Assembly: GCA_040755995.1 (NCBI GenBank)
Contig: JBFMAF010000037.1
Coordinates: 128,001 to 192,000 of the forward strand
DNA: 64,000 nt
Reading direction: 5' to 3'
Source: Acidobacteriota bacterium
GTDB lineage: Bacteria; Acidobacteriota; CAIWXX01
Numbering within the stretch: the stretch's first letter is position 1; each line of letters begins with the position of its first letter. Positions 1 through 9,253 of this stretch are shown piece by piece. The notes below the pieces were generated by a model. That model made no database searches and was not told the origin of the DNA. It was given only the letters and a program-made list of their open reading frames with translations. Both the position numbers and the translations under genes were made by a program.

Positions 1-128
1 CGCGCGTACTCCTTCAGCATGTGAAACGCTTCGATGACGGCGGAACCGAACCGGACCGAATCCACCGGGAGAAAGTAGGCGGCCAGGAACACCGCAACCA
101 CCAAGATCAGCTTGTGGCGTTCTTTCAC
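1..128 (-). CDS. ArsP-like (DUF318) permease, 5' part only; runs off the window edge
   Basis: Not in the ORF track. GTG at 128 overlaps the upstream TGA (GTGA). Reads MKERHKLILVVAVFLAAYFLPVDSVRFRSAVIEAFHMLKEYAR, resembling the N-terminus of ars-cluster permeases. Confidence 0.65.
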   Translation of the reverse strand, partial: MKERHKLILVVAVFLAAYFLPVDSVRFGSAVIEAFHMLKEYA

Positions 129-814
129 AAGCGACTCCGAATGAGGAGGACAATCTCGTATATCCCGATCAGGACGAACACCACCCCTACGGCCGGCCGG
201 GTCCAACGATCCAGCTTGCGCAGCGCGGACACCAACCGCTCGGCCGCCTTCAGACTGACTGCCAGGACAAGCCCCACGCCGAGAACCGGCACCGCAGTAC
301 CGATGCCATAGAGCACGGCCAACAGGAATCCGGACGAGGACTTGAGCGCTATCGGAATCAGGCCGCCGAAATAGAGGGCGCCGGAAAAGGGACAGAAAGC
401 CAGGGCGAAACCGGCTCCCAGCAGAAAAGCCGACAACAAAGGCACCTTCCCCGAATGGTGAACGACCTTCTCCTGCAGGCCGCTTGCACCGGTTGCCAGC
501 CGCACGATGTTCAACAGCACCAGACCCACGAATATGAGGACAGGCCCGAGCACGTACTCCGCCACAGTCATGAGCGGACTGGCAACCCTGGCCACTCTCA
601 GGCTCAACAGCTGGATCAACAAGGCCAGCACAGCATAGGAAGCGGCGCGCCCGACCGCATAGAGAGATGTGTCGGTCGCCACCCAGACCATGCTCTTGTA
701 GCGGCGGCTCACAAAGGCCACTGCAGCGATGTTGGTGGCCAACGGGCAGGGGCTGATCGACGTCAGCAGGCCCAGCGACAGCGCCGCATAGGCAGGGAGA
801 TCCTCGATATTCAC
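125..814 (-). CDS. ArsG-family / cytochrome c biogenesis-like membrane protein
   Basis: LGLLTSISPCPLATNIAA and FALAFCPFSGALYFG motifs with about 6 TM helices. Start reassigned to GTG 814 (GTGA overlap with the upstream stop); the ORF extension to 1393 is spurious. Confidence 0.8.
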   Translation of the reverse strand: MNIEDLPAYAALSLGLLTSISPCPLATNIAAVAFVSRRYKSMVWVATDTSLYAVGRAASYAVLALLIQLLSLRVARVASPLMTVAEYVLGPVLIFVGLVLLNIVRLATGASGLQEKVVHHSGKVPLLSAFLLGAGFALAFCPFSGALYFGGLIPIALKSSSGFLLAVLYGIGTAVPVLGVGLVLAVSLKAAERLVSALRKLDRWTRPAVGVVFVLIGIYEIVLLIRSRL

Positions 815-1230
815 AACAGGCGTCTCTGGAGATTCTCCACCACGTATGCTTTGTATGCGGAGTCGCCTTCGCGAATCTTGTCCCACATCTCTTCGAGTTG
901 GATCAGCTCGCTCTTGCCATCCTTTGAGGAGGCGATGAAGAGCGACGGTCCGAACGCGCCGAATTCCCCGGCCAGCTGCCGCTCCTCCTTCGTCCCATCC
1001 ACCGCCACGCTCTTCAGAACCAGGCGCCCTTTCTGGATCTCCGACCCGAACGCCTCCCTTGCGGCTTCGAAGGCTCGCGCCTCCGCGTTTGTGCACCCCG
1101 TGCACCTCTGCGTGCGATGGAAATAGTAGAGCGTAACGCTCGGCGACCCGGCAGTGCCCGCATCCGGGCCCGCCGCAAGAAATTGACCGGTGGCCAGAAC
1201 AAGCATGACAGCGGATATGATCGGCCTCAT
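811..1230 (-). CDS. Exported thioredoxin-like protein, ArsF family
   Basis: Signal peptide, YYFHRTQRCTGC (CxxC) motif, AAGGAGA RBS. Confidence 0.8.
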   Translation of the reverse strand: MRPIISAVMLVLATGQFLAAGPDAGTAGSPSVTLYYFHRTQRCTGCTNAEARAFEAAREAFGSEIQKGRLVLKSVAVDGTKEERQLAGEFGAFGPSLFIASSKDGKSELIQLEEMWDKIREGDSAYKAYVVENLQRRLL

Positions 1231-1242
1231 ATTCTCTCCTTC

Positions 1243-1258
1243 TTACGTCATAACGTAA
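1243..1258. promoter_or_regulatory. Palindromic operator candidate TTACGT-CATA-ACGTAA
   Basis: 6-4-6 inverted repeat lying between the -10 box and the RBS of the ars-like operon. Confidence 0.55.
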
Positions 1259-1265
1259 CAATGCA

Positions 1266-1294
1266 ACAATAACCTCGATCGCCGGGCGTGTCAA
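1266..1294 (-). promoter_or_regulatory. sigma70-type promoter of the ars-like operon
   Basis: TTGACA (1294-1289), 17 nt spacer, TATTGT (1271-1266). Confidence 0.7.
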
Positions 1295-1410
1295 GAACCC
1301 GCCGCGCGATACGCACGGCGCGGCGGCGCCCCGGCCCGCGCGAGGCTTACACGGCCGCCTGCAGCGGATGTAGAATAGATGTCCGGAAGGCATAGGCAGG
1401 AGGGGGCGCG

Positions 1411-2145
1411 ATGCTGAAGATGTCGAACATCAGCCTGACGGCCGGCGGCAGAACGATACTGCGCGATCTCAGCCTCCACGTGCGCGAGGGTGAGATACAC
1501 AGTATTCTCGGTGCCAACGGCACCGGCAAGTCGACACTTGCCGCCGTGATCATGGGCCTCGGGGGCTACCAGCCCAGCGCGGGCGCGATCCATTTCAACG
1601 GAGAGGACATAACGGAGCTTTCGGTCTCCGAGCGCGCGAAGCGCGGGATCACGCTGGCCTGGCAAGAGCCCGCTCGATTCGAAGGCCTCACAGTCGGCGA
1701 GTACCTCAGAATCGGGCAGCGCGGCGGCGCAAACGGCTACATGACGGCGCGCGAGTGCCTGCTGAAGGTCGGGCTCGCTGCCGAGCTGTTCCTCACGCGC
1801 GCGGTCGACAAGACGCTGAGCGGAGGTGAGCGGAAACGAGTGGAGCTCGCGTCGGTGCTGGCCATGAAACCGAAGCTCGTCATCCTCGACGAGCCGGATT
1901 CGGGAATCGATGCTCTCTCGATCGACAGCATCGTCGAGGCCATTCGAACCTTGTCGCGCAACGGCGCGGCCATCCTGCTGATCACCCACCACGAGGAGGT
2001 GGCGGAGATCGCGGATCGTGCATCGACTCTGTGCGGCGGAACGATCGTGAAGACCGGCGACCCGTCCGCCATCGCGCGCTACTTCCGGAATCACTGCCAG
2101 GAATGCCTGCACGTGAACGAGCCGAAGGGGGAAGAGAATGATTGA
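1411..2145 (+). CDS. smsC: SufC-like ATPase of a SUF-like minimal Fe-S system
   Basis: GANGTGKST, LSGGERKR, ILDEPDSGID; C-terminal FRNHCQECLH (CxxC). Confidence 0.85.
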   Translation: MLKMSNISLTAGGRTILRDLSLHVREGEIHSILGANGTGKSTLAAVIMGLGGYQPSAGAIHFNGEDITELSVSERAKRGITLAWQEPARFEGLTVGEYLRIGQRGGANGYMTARECLLKVGLAAELFLTRAVDKTLSGGERKRVELASVLAMKPKLVILDEPDSGIDALSIDSIVEAIRTLSRNGAAILLITHHEEVAEIADRASTLCGGTIVKTGDPSAIARYFRNHCQECLHVNEPKGEEND

Positions 2146-3088
2146 CGTCGCGGGGGAATTCGAGGCCATAGCAAGAGCATACGAGGCTAGCGGGGGCGAT
2201 TCAGGAGCCCTCGTGGACAAGCAGTCCGGCAGCCTGGTTGTGAGCCACAACAGGATCCTCGGCATGAACACAGTGCCGGGTCTCCACATCGACGGCGGGG
2301 CGACGCCCACGGGTGCGAAGGCCAAGATCAGTGTCGACCCGGGAGTCGTGATCCAGAAGCCGGTCCATCTCTGCTTCGGCGTGCTGCCGAAGGAGGGGCT
2401 GCAGGAGATCGTCTCCGAGTTCAGGGTCGGAGACGGAGCCAAAGTGCAGTTCCTGGCGCACTGCTCCTTTCCCAACGCCCTTCGCGTCAAGCACGTCATG
2501 GATGCCAAGATCCGGGTCGGCAAGAACGCCGAGATGCTCTACTCCGAAACCCACTATCACGGCGAGGACGGAGGCACCGAGGTGCTGCCGGTGGCCAGGG
2601 TGCTTGTCGAAGAGGGCGGAGTGCTCAAGAACGAGTTCAAGCTCGTGCGTGGGACCGCGGGCGATCTCAGGCTGGACTACGAAGCCGATCTCAAGAAGGA
2701 CGCTGTATGCGAGCTCGATGCCAGGGTTTACGGGAAGCGAGAAGACAAGATCCTGGTCAAGGAGTCGCTGTTCCTCAACGGGGAGAACGCGCGCGGCCTC
2801 GCCAAGAGCCGCATTGTTGCATCGGATCGCTGCGTGAGCGAGGTCGTCGGCGAGGCGGTCGGAAACGCACCGGAAGCCCGCGGCCACGTCGACTGCGTGG
2901 AAATCGTCAAGGGCAAGCACGCGCGCGCCAGCGCCGTGCCCAAGCTCGTTGTCTTCGACGATCGGGCAAAGCTCACGCACGAAGCTGCGATCGGCAGCGT
3001 CGACAAGAAGCAGGTCGAGACGCTGATGGCGCGGGGGCTCAGCGAAGAGGAAGCGATCGACGTCGTCGTCAAGGGGATGCTGCGCTGA
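2138..3088 (+). CDS. smsB: SufB/SufD-family Fe-S scaffold
   Basis: PVHLCFG, ARGHVDCVEIV, LTHEAAIGSVDKKQVETLMARGL; overlaps the SufC-like gene. Confidence 0.85.
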   Translation: MIDVAGEFEAIARAYEASGGDSGALVDKQSGSLVVSHNRILGMNTVPGLHIDGGATPTGAKAKISVDPGVVIQKPVHLCFGVLPKEGLQEIVSEFRVGDGAKVQFLAHCSFPNALRVKHVMDAKIRVGKNAEMLYSETHYHGEDGGTEVLPVARVLVEEGGVLKNEFKLVRGTAGDLRLDYEADLKKDAVCELDARVYGKREDKILVKESLFLNGENARGLAKSRIVASDRCVSEVVGEAVGNAPEARGHVDCVEIVKGKHARASAVPKLVVFDDRAKLTHEAAIGSVDKKQVETLMARGLSEEEAIDVVVKGMLR

Positions 3089-3102
3089 GCTGACGGTTGC
3101 GA

Positions 3103-3124
3103 ATGACCCCGACATGGGGGTCAT
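3103..3124 (+). terminator. Hairpin after smsB
   Basis: ATGACCCC-gacatg-GGGGTCAT, 8-bp stem, no clear U-tract. Confidence 0.4.
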
Positions 3125-3129
3125 GCTCA

Positions 3130-3158
3130 TTGACCCTGGCCACGCGGCCTGCTAGTAT
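3130..3158 (+). promoter_or_regulatory. sigma70-type promoter of the TonB receptor operon
   Basis: TTGACC, 17 nt spacer, TAGTAT with a TGn extended -10. Confidence 0.6.
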
Positions 3159-3258
3159 TCGTTCAAGTGATCCCGGGCGGGCCTTGTGCTCGTGGACGAA
3201 ACGCGGCGGAATCGAGCAACACGAAGGAAGCCGACACCCGGCGTCGGAGGGGGATTGC

Positions 3259-5553
3259 ATGAAGGCCGGACGCATTGCCGAAGCGCTCTTGCTGGCGGCC
3301 CTCGCATGCGCGGTCCCCGCTGAGGTCCGGCCTGAAGAGACTGAGCTCTCCAGAATGAGTCTCGATGAGCTCATGAATATCCCTCTGGAGTGCGCCTCGA
3401 AGATGGTCGAGAAGCAAAGGGAGGCGCCGGCAACCACTATCGTGATCACCCGCGACCAGATTCGGAGGCGCAACTACCGGTCTCTCCTGGAGGTGCTCGA
3501 GGATCTGCCGGACATCAAGATCGAGAGGGTGAACGATCCGCGATGGGCGGATGACGTGACCATCCGCGGGATATTCGGGATGGACAAGTTCCTGATACTG
3601 CAAGACGGCATCCGCGTTTCATCCACTACCAACGACGTCATTCCGATCATGGAGAACTACCCCGTAAACCACGCCCAGCGGATCGAGATCGTCTATGGGC
3701 CCGCCTCCGCGCTGTACGGCGCGGACGCGATCGCCGGGATCATCAACATCGTCACGAAGAGAGCGGAGGACGTGCGTGGGACCGTGGAAGGAACCGTCGA
3801 CATCGGGAGGTTCGGTTCGTACGTCGGCGATTTTGTGATTGGGAAAGAGGTCAGCGAGAAGATCAGCTTCACCGCCGCGGGGCAGTACTTCCGCGACCCC
3901 CAGCCCGATCTCAGCGAGTACTATCCTGAGGAATACGTGGGAGGCAAGGACGCACTGAGGACGGGCACATTCGACACTGCCTGGGGCAGGATGACGCCGA
4001 ACACTCCCGTCTCACCGGATTTCGAGGCGCCGCTCGGCGCCTCGGCGTTTCACGCGTCAGCCAGAGTCCACGATTTCCACGTCTCGTTCTTCCGAAACCA
4101 TGCTCGCTTCCCGTCGACTATCGCGAACAACCCGAACAACGCGGTCTATAACGAGAACGTGTATCTGGCCGACAACATCACCGTGATCGACGGCACGTAC
4201 AAGGCACGTCTCGCTGGAGTCGAGAGCACTGCCACTGTTGTGGTCAGCTCTTACGAGATGGATACTCAGTCGAACTGGCGAAACATATACACGAGCATGG
4301 AGCCGGGCTACAAGTTCGCCCGCAGCAAGACATGGAAGATCGAGGAGCAGCTCAGCGGGTCTGTGGCGGACAAGCTGAAGATCGTGGGAGGCCTCTCGTA
4401 CAAGAGCTACTTCGCGATTCCAGTCGGCCATGACCTGGAAAGCCCGGTAGATGAGAGCAGAAAGGACGATCCTACCGGCATCATCGTCAACAGCAGATAC
4501 CCGAAAAACCCGGCCGGCATCGAAGCAGACTTCGTGAAGCTCAGGTATGGCGACGTTGCGAGCTATCTGCAGGTCCGGTACGCCCCCGTCAAGAGTCTTT
4601 CCCTGGTCGTGGGCGCGCGCTACGATCACAACACCCGTTTCGGCGACAGTTTCAATCCGCGAATGGGCGTGATCTGGCTGCCTGGAGAGAAGACAACGAT
4701 CAAGGCGCTCTTCGGGTCGGCGTTCCTGGCGCCATCGCCGCAGGCCGCATACGAGCAGTTCGGATCTTTCTATTCAACCGATGAGGGTGAAACCTACCGC
4801 TCGTACTACTTCCGCCTTCCGAATCCCGACCTCGGACCACAGAGGATGAAGGCCTTCGAGGTCAGCCTTCGTTCGTTCCTGTCGTCGAACACCGGCGTTG
4901 CACTCACAGGGTTCTATTACCGGCTTTCTGGACTCTTCCGGCAGGTCTCGGACGCGGAGTACGGTAATCGCTACGATGGCCATTACAAAGGGTGGCCGGT
5001 CGACTACATAGAGATAATGATCAATCAGGGCGAACAGCGCAACTACGGTGGCGGAATTCAGCTCGATCATATCCGGCATTTCGGTACGGACCGGCGTCTG
5101 GCGGCTTACATGTCGCTAAGCCTTGTCGACGGGCGGGTCGACGCCGACGGCGAAGGGCCGGGCGGGAACGCAGAGATAGGCGGCGTCTCGCCGCTGATGT
5201 TGAAGGCCGGCGGCGAGTTGACTATCGGGCGGTTCGAGATCTCCCCGCGACTGATCGCGGTCAGCAGGCAGCGGACGCATCCCGCCGCCGTTCAAGCATT
5301 CGAGGCCGACGACCCGTCCAAGCGCCAGACGCTGCCAGGATACGTCCTCGTGAATGTGGCAACCCGGTATCGCCTGTCCGGGAACTTCACGCTTCTTGTC
5401 GATATCCGCAACATGCTCGACCAGCGCTACCGCAACGTGAACCTCGGGGCCGCTCCGGAGACCGGAGCCCAGGGGAGTGCCGCCGCCGAGTTCTCAAAGG
5501 GCGCGCCGCAGTACCCGATCCGGGTATACGCAGGTCTGCAGTTCCACTTCTGA
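3259..5553 (+). CDS. TonB-dependent outer-membrane receptor
   Basis: Signal peptide after GGAGG; LSRMSLDELMNI; plug motif RIEIVYGPASALYGADAIAGIINIVTK; terminal Phe. Confidence 0.9.
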   Translation: MKAGRIAEALLLAALACAVPAEVRPEETELSRMSLDELMNIPLECASKMVEKQREAPATTIVITRDQIRRRNYRSLLEVLEDLPDIKIERVNDPRWADDVTIRGIFGMDKFLILQDGIRVSSTTNDVIPIMENYPVNHAQRIEIVYGPASALYGADAIAGIINIVTKRAEDVRGTVEGTVDIGRFGSYVGDFVIGKEVSEKISFTAAGQYFRDPQPDLSEYYPEEYVGGKDALRTGTFDTAWGRMTPNTPVSPDFEAPLGASAFHASARVHDFHVSFFRNHARFPSTIANNPNNAVYNENVYLADNITVIDGTYKARLAGVESTATVVVSSYEMDTQSNWRNIYTSMEPGYKFARSKTWKIEEQLSGSVADKLKIVGGLSYKSYFAIPVGHDLESPVDESRKDDPTGIIVNSRYPKNPAGIEADFVKLRYGDVASYLQVRYAPVKSLSLVVGARYDHNTRFGDSFNPRMGVIWLPGEKTTIKALFGSAFLAPSPQAAYEQFGSFYSTDEGETYRSYYFRLPNPDLGPQRMKAFEVSLRSFLSSNTGVALTGFYYRLSGLFRQVSDAEYGNRYDGHYKGWPVDYIEIMINQGEQRNYGGGIQLDHIRHFGTDRRLAAYMSLSLVDGRVDADGEGPGGNAEIGGVSPLMLKAGGELTIGRFEISPRLIAVSRQRTHPAAVQAFEADDPSKRQTLPGYVLVNVATRYRLSGNFTLLVDIRNMLDQRYRNVNLGAAPETGAQGSAAAEFSKGAPQYPIRVYAGLQFHF

Positions 5554-5562
5554 CCTACGGCC

Positions 5563-6096
5563 ATGACTATGCTCAGTCCATCGGCCTACCTGATCCTTGC
5601 AGGGATGCTCTTGCCCGCGCTCTGCAGAGCCGGCGGCCTCGAAGACCAGATGAAAGCTATCTACGTGACGAAGATGACTGATTTCATCGAATGGCCGGCG
5701 GAACCGGGCCCGGGGATCAAGGCGGAGCCGTACGTGATCGGTGTTATCGGCAAGACACCCGTACTGCCGTTTCTTGAGGAGATGGCCGGGAGGTGGAGAA
5801 TCGGAGGCCATCCTGTCTCCGTCAGGAATATCTCGCAACTGGACGAGATCCCAGGTTGCCGTATCCTGTTCGTGGCAGGCTCGGAGGAGCACAGGCTCGG
5901 CGAGATCCTGGACAAGGCGGCAGGAAGGCCTATCCTCACCGTAGGGGATACCAAAGGGTACGGCGAGAAGGGCATCCTGATCAATTTCTATGTTGAGAGT
6001 GACTATCTGCGGTTCGAGATCAACGTGCGGGCCGCGCATACCAGCACGCTGAAGTTCAGCTCGAAGCTGTTGAAGCTGGCTAGAATCGTATCCTGA
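5563..6096 (+). CDS. YfiR/HmsC-family (DUF4154) periplasmic regulator
   Basis: FIEWP, CRILFV, PILTVGD, LRFEIN, SSKLLKLA motifs. Confidence 0.9.
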   Translation: MTMLSPSAYLILAGMLLPALCRAGGLEDQMKAIYVTKMTDFIEWPAEPGPGIKAEPYVIGVIGKTPVLPFLEEMAGRWRIGGHPVSVRNISQLDEIPGCRILFVAGSEEHRLGEILDKAAGRPILTVGDTKGYGEKGILINFYVESDYLRFEINVRAAHTSTLKFSSKLLKLARIVS

Positions 6097-6105
6097 GGCA
6101 CGGCG

Positions 6106-8388
6106 ATGGCATTCCGCTTCTTCCATGCCCTGAGCATACGGAACAAGCTGATATTGATCATACTGTTCACCTCTGTTCCTACCCTGCTTGCCGGCCTGCT
6201 GGCGATGACTGTCAAGGATATCCGGACCTTTCGCCAAGACATGCTGAACAGCACGATTCTGATCGCCATGGCGACCGGGAACAGCGTCGTCAGCGACCTG
6301 GCGTTCCTGGACAGGCAATCGGCGACGGAAACCCTCACCAAGCTCGGAGATATCCCCTCGATACGGAGCGCCTGCCTCTTCGACGAACGGGACAATTTTT
6401 TCGTGGCCTACAATCAAGACGAGACCGCGAAAGTCGTGCCTCCGCCGGTCAAGACCCTTTACAACCACTTCGACGGGAGCAACCTCCATGTCGTCCAGCC
6501 GATCGTCTACCAGAACAAGAAGTATGGCACCATCTACCTGCGCGTCTCGACTCAAGTGCTCGACGACACAGTGCGTAATCATGTCTTGATAATGGTCTCA
6601 TTGGTGGTGGTGCTGCTGGGATTGTCATCTATCCTCGCGTGGAGATTGCAGCACCTGATTTCCAGGCCGATCGTCGAGCTCACGGAGACGGCCAAGAGGG
6701 TCTCGGAAGAGGGCGACTACTCCGTCAGGGTCACGAAGACCAGCGCCGATGAGATGGGGACGCTGTGCGAGATCTTCAACGACATGTTGGAACAGATTCA
6801 GAGGCGGGACGTGGATCGGGACCGGGCCGAGAACGAGTTGAAAGAAGCCCGGCGCTTCCTCGCTAACGTGATCGAGTCCATGCCCTCGGTGCTGATCTCC
6901 CTGGATGAGCAGGGTATCGTGACTCAATGGAACCAGGCCGCAGTCCGCATGACAGGCATTGGGGCGCATCGTGCCATGGGGAAGAGCCTGTGGGACCTGG
7001 TCCCATATCTGACCAGGTATGAGCCCCACTGCAGCTCCGTCCTCCGGAACGGCGAGCCGGTGGTGCTCTACAAGGATGTGCTGCAAATCAACGAGGAGAG
7101 GGTGTATTTCGACGTCTCGATCTTTCCGCTCATGGCCGACGGGGTGAGCGGGCTGGTGATCAGAGCAGACGATGTGACAGAGCTGGAGCGCAAGGAGCTG
7201 CAGCTCCGGCAGGCACAGAAGATGGAGATCGTGGGGACACTTGCCGGCGGTCTGGCGCACGACTTCAACAACGTGCTCGCCGGGATAATCGGCACACTGT
7301 CTCTCATCGACCACAAGATGGGCGCGCCGGGCGGCATTGACGGGCCCGAGCTGGGACGGTTGCTGAAGGTCATCACCGAGTCTGCGAATCGAGCCTCTGT
7401 TCTGGTGCAGCAGCTCCTCGCCCTGTCCCGGAAGCAGGAGATGACCATGGCGCCGGTCAACCTGAACTCGGTCATCGGGCGCATAACCGACATCTGCAGG
7501 AACACGCTCGACAAGAGCATAGAGATAGCCCCCGTGTACTCCGGCGAAATCGCCGCCGTCGAAGCAGACGCCGCGCAGATCGAGCAGGTGCTGTTGAATC
7601 TCTGCGTCAACGCCTCCCACGCCATGACGATCATGCGCGCGGCCGGCCGGCCCTGGGGAGGAAAGCTGACCATATCGGTCGAGAGAGTCACGGCGGACCG
7701 GTCTTTCTGCGATTTCCATCCCGAGGCCGCCCCCGGATATTACTGGAAGCTCTCGGTGGCGGACGAAGGAGTAGGGATGGACGTCAAGACGGTCGCCAAG
7801 GTTTTCGACCCGTTCTTCACAACCAAGGGGAAGGGCAAGGGGACCGGTCTGGGACTGGCCATGGTCTACAGCATCGTCCAGCAGCACAAGGGCTTCATAG
7901 ATGTCTACTCGGAGCCGGGCACCGGGTCCGCCTTCCATGTCTACCTGCCGGCGATGCTGGCCGAGCAGCTGGCGGTGATGGAGCCGCCCGGCGAGGTGCG
8001 ACTCTGCAAGGGAAGCGGGCTGGTCCTCGTCGTCGACGACGAACCGGTGATCCGCAATCTCGCACAGGCATTCCTGGAAGAGTGCGGTTACCAGGTGCTG
8101 GTCGCCGAGGACGGCCGTTCGGCGGTGGAGATTTTCAAGAACCGGCAGAAAGAGATAAGACTCGTCCTGCTGGACATGATCATGCCCAGGATGTCAGGCA
8201 AAGAAGCCTACATCGAGATCAAGAAACTAGATGCCAATGCGCGAGTGCTGCTGGCAAGCGGCTTCCGGAACGACGAGCGCATCGAAGAGATCTTGAGCAG
8301 CGGGGTCTGCGGCTTCATAAGGAAGCCGTACACGCTGGAGCATCTGTCAAAGGTCGTCTACGACGCGCTCAAGGACGACGGCGCGTAG
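6106..8388 (+). CDS. Hybrid sensor histidine kinase (periplasmic sensor-HAMP-PAS-HisKA-HATPase-REC)
   Basis: Two TMs, AHDFNN H-box, [20 protein letters not shown], receiver with LVVDDE and LLDMIMP. Confidence 0.92.
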   Translation: MAFRFFHALSIRNKLILIILFTSVPTLLAGLLAMTVKDIRTFRQDMLNSTILIAMATGNSVVSDLAFLDRQSATETLTKLGDIPSIRSACLFDERDNFFVAYNQDETAKVVPPPVKTLYNHFDGSNLHVVQPIVYQNKKYGTIYLRVSTQVLDDTVRNHVLIMVSLVVVLLGLSSILAWRLQHLISRPIVELTETAKRVSEEGDYSVRVTKTSADEMGTLCEIFNDMLEQIQRRDVDRDRAENELKEARRFLANVIESMPSVLISLDEQGIVTQWNQAAVRMTGIGAHRAMGKSLWDLVPYLTRYEPHCSSVLRNGEPVVLYKDVLQINEERVYFDVSIFPLMADGVSGLVIRADDVTELERKELQLRQAQKMEIVGTLAGGLAHDFNNVLAGIIGTLSLIDHKMGAPGGIDGPELGRLLKVITESANRASVLVQQLLALSRKQEMTMAPVNLNSVIGRITDICRNTLDKSIEIAPVYSGEIAAVEADAAQIEQVLLNLCVNASHAMTIMRAAGRPWGGKLTISVERVTADRSFCDFHPEAAPGYYWKLSVADEGVGMDVKTVAKVFDPFFTTKGKGKGTGLGLAMVYSIVQQHKGFIDVYSEPGTGSAFHVYLPAMLAEQLAVMEPPGEVRLCKGSGLVLVVDDEPVIRNLAQAFLEECGYQVLVAEDGRSAVEIFKNRQKEIRLVLLDMIMPRMSGKEAYIEIKKLDANARVLLASGFRNDERIEEILSSGVCGFIRKPYTLEHLSKVVYDALKDDGA

Positions 8389-8410
8389 CTCCACTGCGGA
8401 GATGGCAGCC

Positions 8411-8439
8411 TTCCAGCGTGGGCGCAACGATGGTATGAT
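8411..8439 (+). promoter_or_regulatory. Promoter of the MNT-HEPN pair
   Basis: TTCCAG, 17 nt spacer, TATGAT with TGn; start codon about 10 nt downstream. Confidence 0.45.
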
Positions 8440-8448
8440 TCGTGCGTA

Positions 8449-8859
8449 GTGATCATGCGCAAGAACGGCCTTGAACATCTGGCTGAGAACGAACGCGCTG
8501 CGCTGAATGACTTTGTCGTGCGCCTCCGGCAGGCATACGCCAGTCAGGTTGTCCGAGTCGTGCTGTTCGGCTCCAAGGCCCGCGGCGACTCTGATGCAGA
8601 ATCCGATTTAGATGTGCTAGTGGTCATCAACAGCGACGATTGGCGCCTCCACGATCAGGTGGTGACTCTCAGTTCGCCCGTGTCGGTCAAACACGATGCT
8701 CTGATCTCGCCCAAAGTCATCGGGCCCTCTCTCTACCGGAGGATGCGGAGATTGCGTTCGCTCTTCCTTGAAAACATCCTCAGAGAAGGTAGGATTCTGT
8801 GGACGAAGCGTCCCGCGAGGCGATCCGCCAAGACCTCGCCTGCAGCCGCGACGAACTAG
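8449..8859 (+). CDS. Minimal nucleotidyltransferase (MNT), putative antitoxin
   Basis: LFGSKARGDSDAESDLDVLVV (GS-x10-DxD). Confidence 0.88.
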   Translation: MIMRKNGLEHLAENERAALNDFVVRLRQAYASQVVRVVLFGSKARGDSDAESDLDVLVVINSDDWRLHDQVVTLSSPVSVKHDALISPKVIGPSLYRRMRRLRSLFLENILREGRILWTKRPARRSAKTSPAAATN

Positions 8860-9200
8860 ACGCTGCGCGGATACTTCTTCGAGAGCGAAAGTATCGTCAA
8901 GCGTTGTCGCGCGCATACTACGCGGTGTTCTACGCGGCTGTGGCGGTGTTGGAGTCCAAGGGCATCAGGCGCGCGAAGCATTCGGGGGTTCAGTCCGCAT
9001 TCGGACAGTCATTCGTGAAGGACGGAATCATCGAGCCTGAGTACAGCGACATTTACGCGCGCGTGCGTGAATCGCGCGAGCTGAGTGATTACGAGCGCGG
9101 CTTCGTTCCGCCCGCCGAGCTTGCCACTGAGAAGATTGATGAGGCGGAGAAGTTCGTTGCGCGGATGGAGCGGTATCTGTCGGACGTGGGCGCGGTTTAG
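8799..9200 (+). CDS. HEPN-domain protein (UPF0332-like)
   Basis: SRAYYAVFYA, KHSGV, RELSDY; paired with the MNT gene. Confidence 0.88.
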   Translation: MDEASREAIRQDLACSRDELDAARILLRERKYRQALSRAYYAVFYAAVAVLESKGIRRAKHSGVQSAFGQSFVKDGIIEPEYSDIYARVRESRELSDYERGFVPPAELATEKIDEAEKFVARMERYLSDVGAV

Positions 9201-9253
9201 ACGGGCGCGTGGCGGCGCGAATTTCGGCAGTCCAGCCGGCTGAGCGCCAGAAG

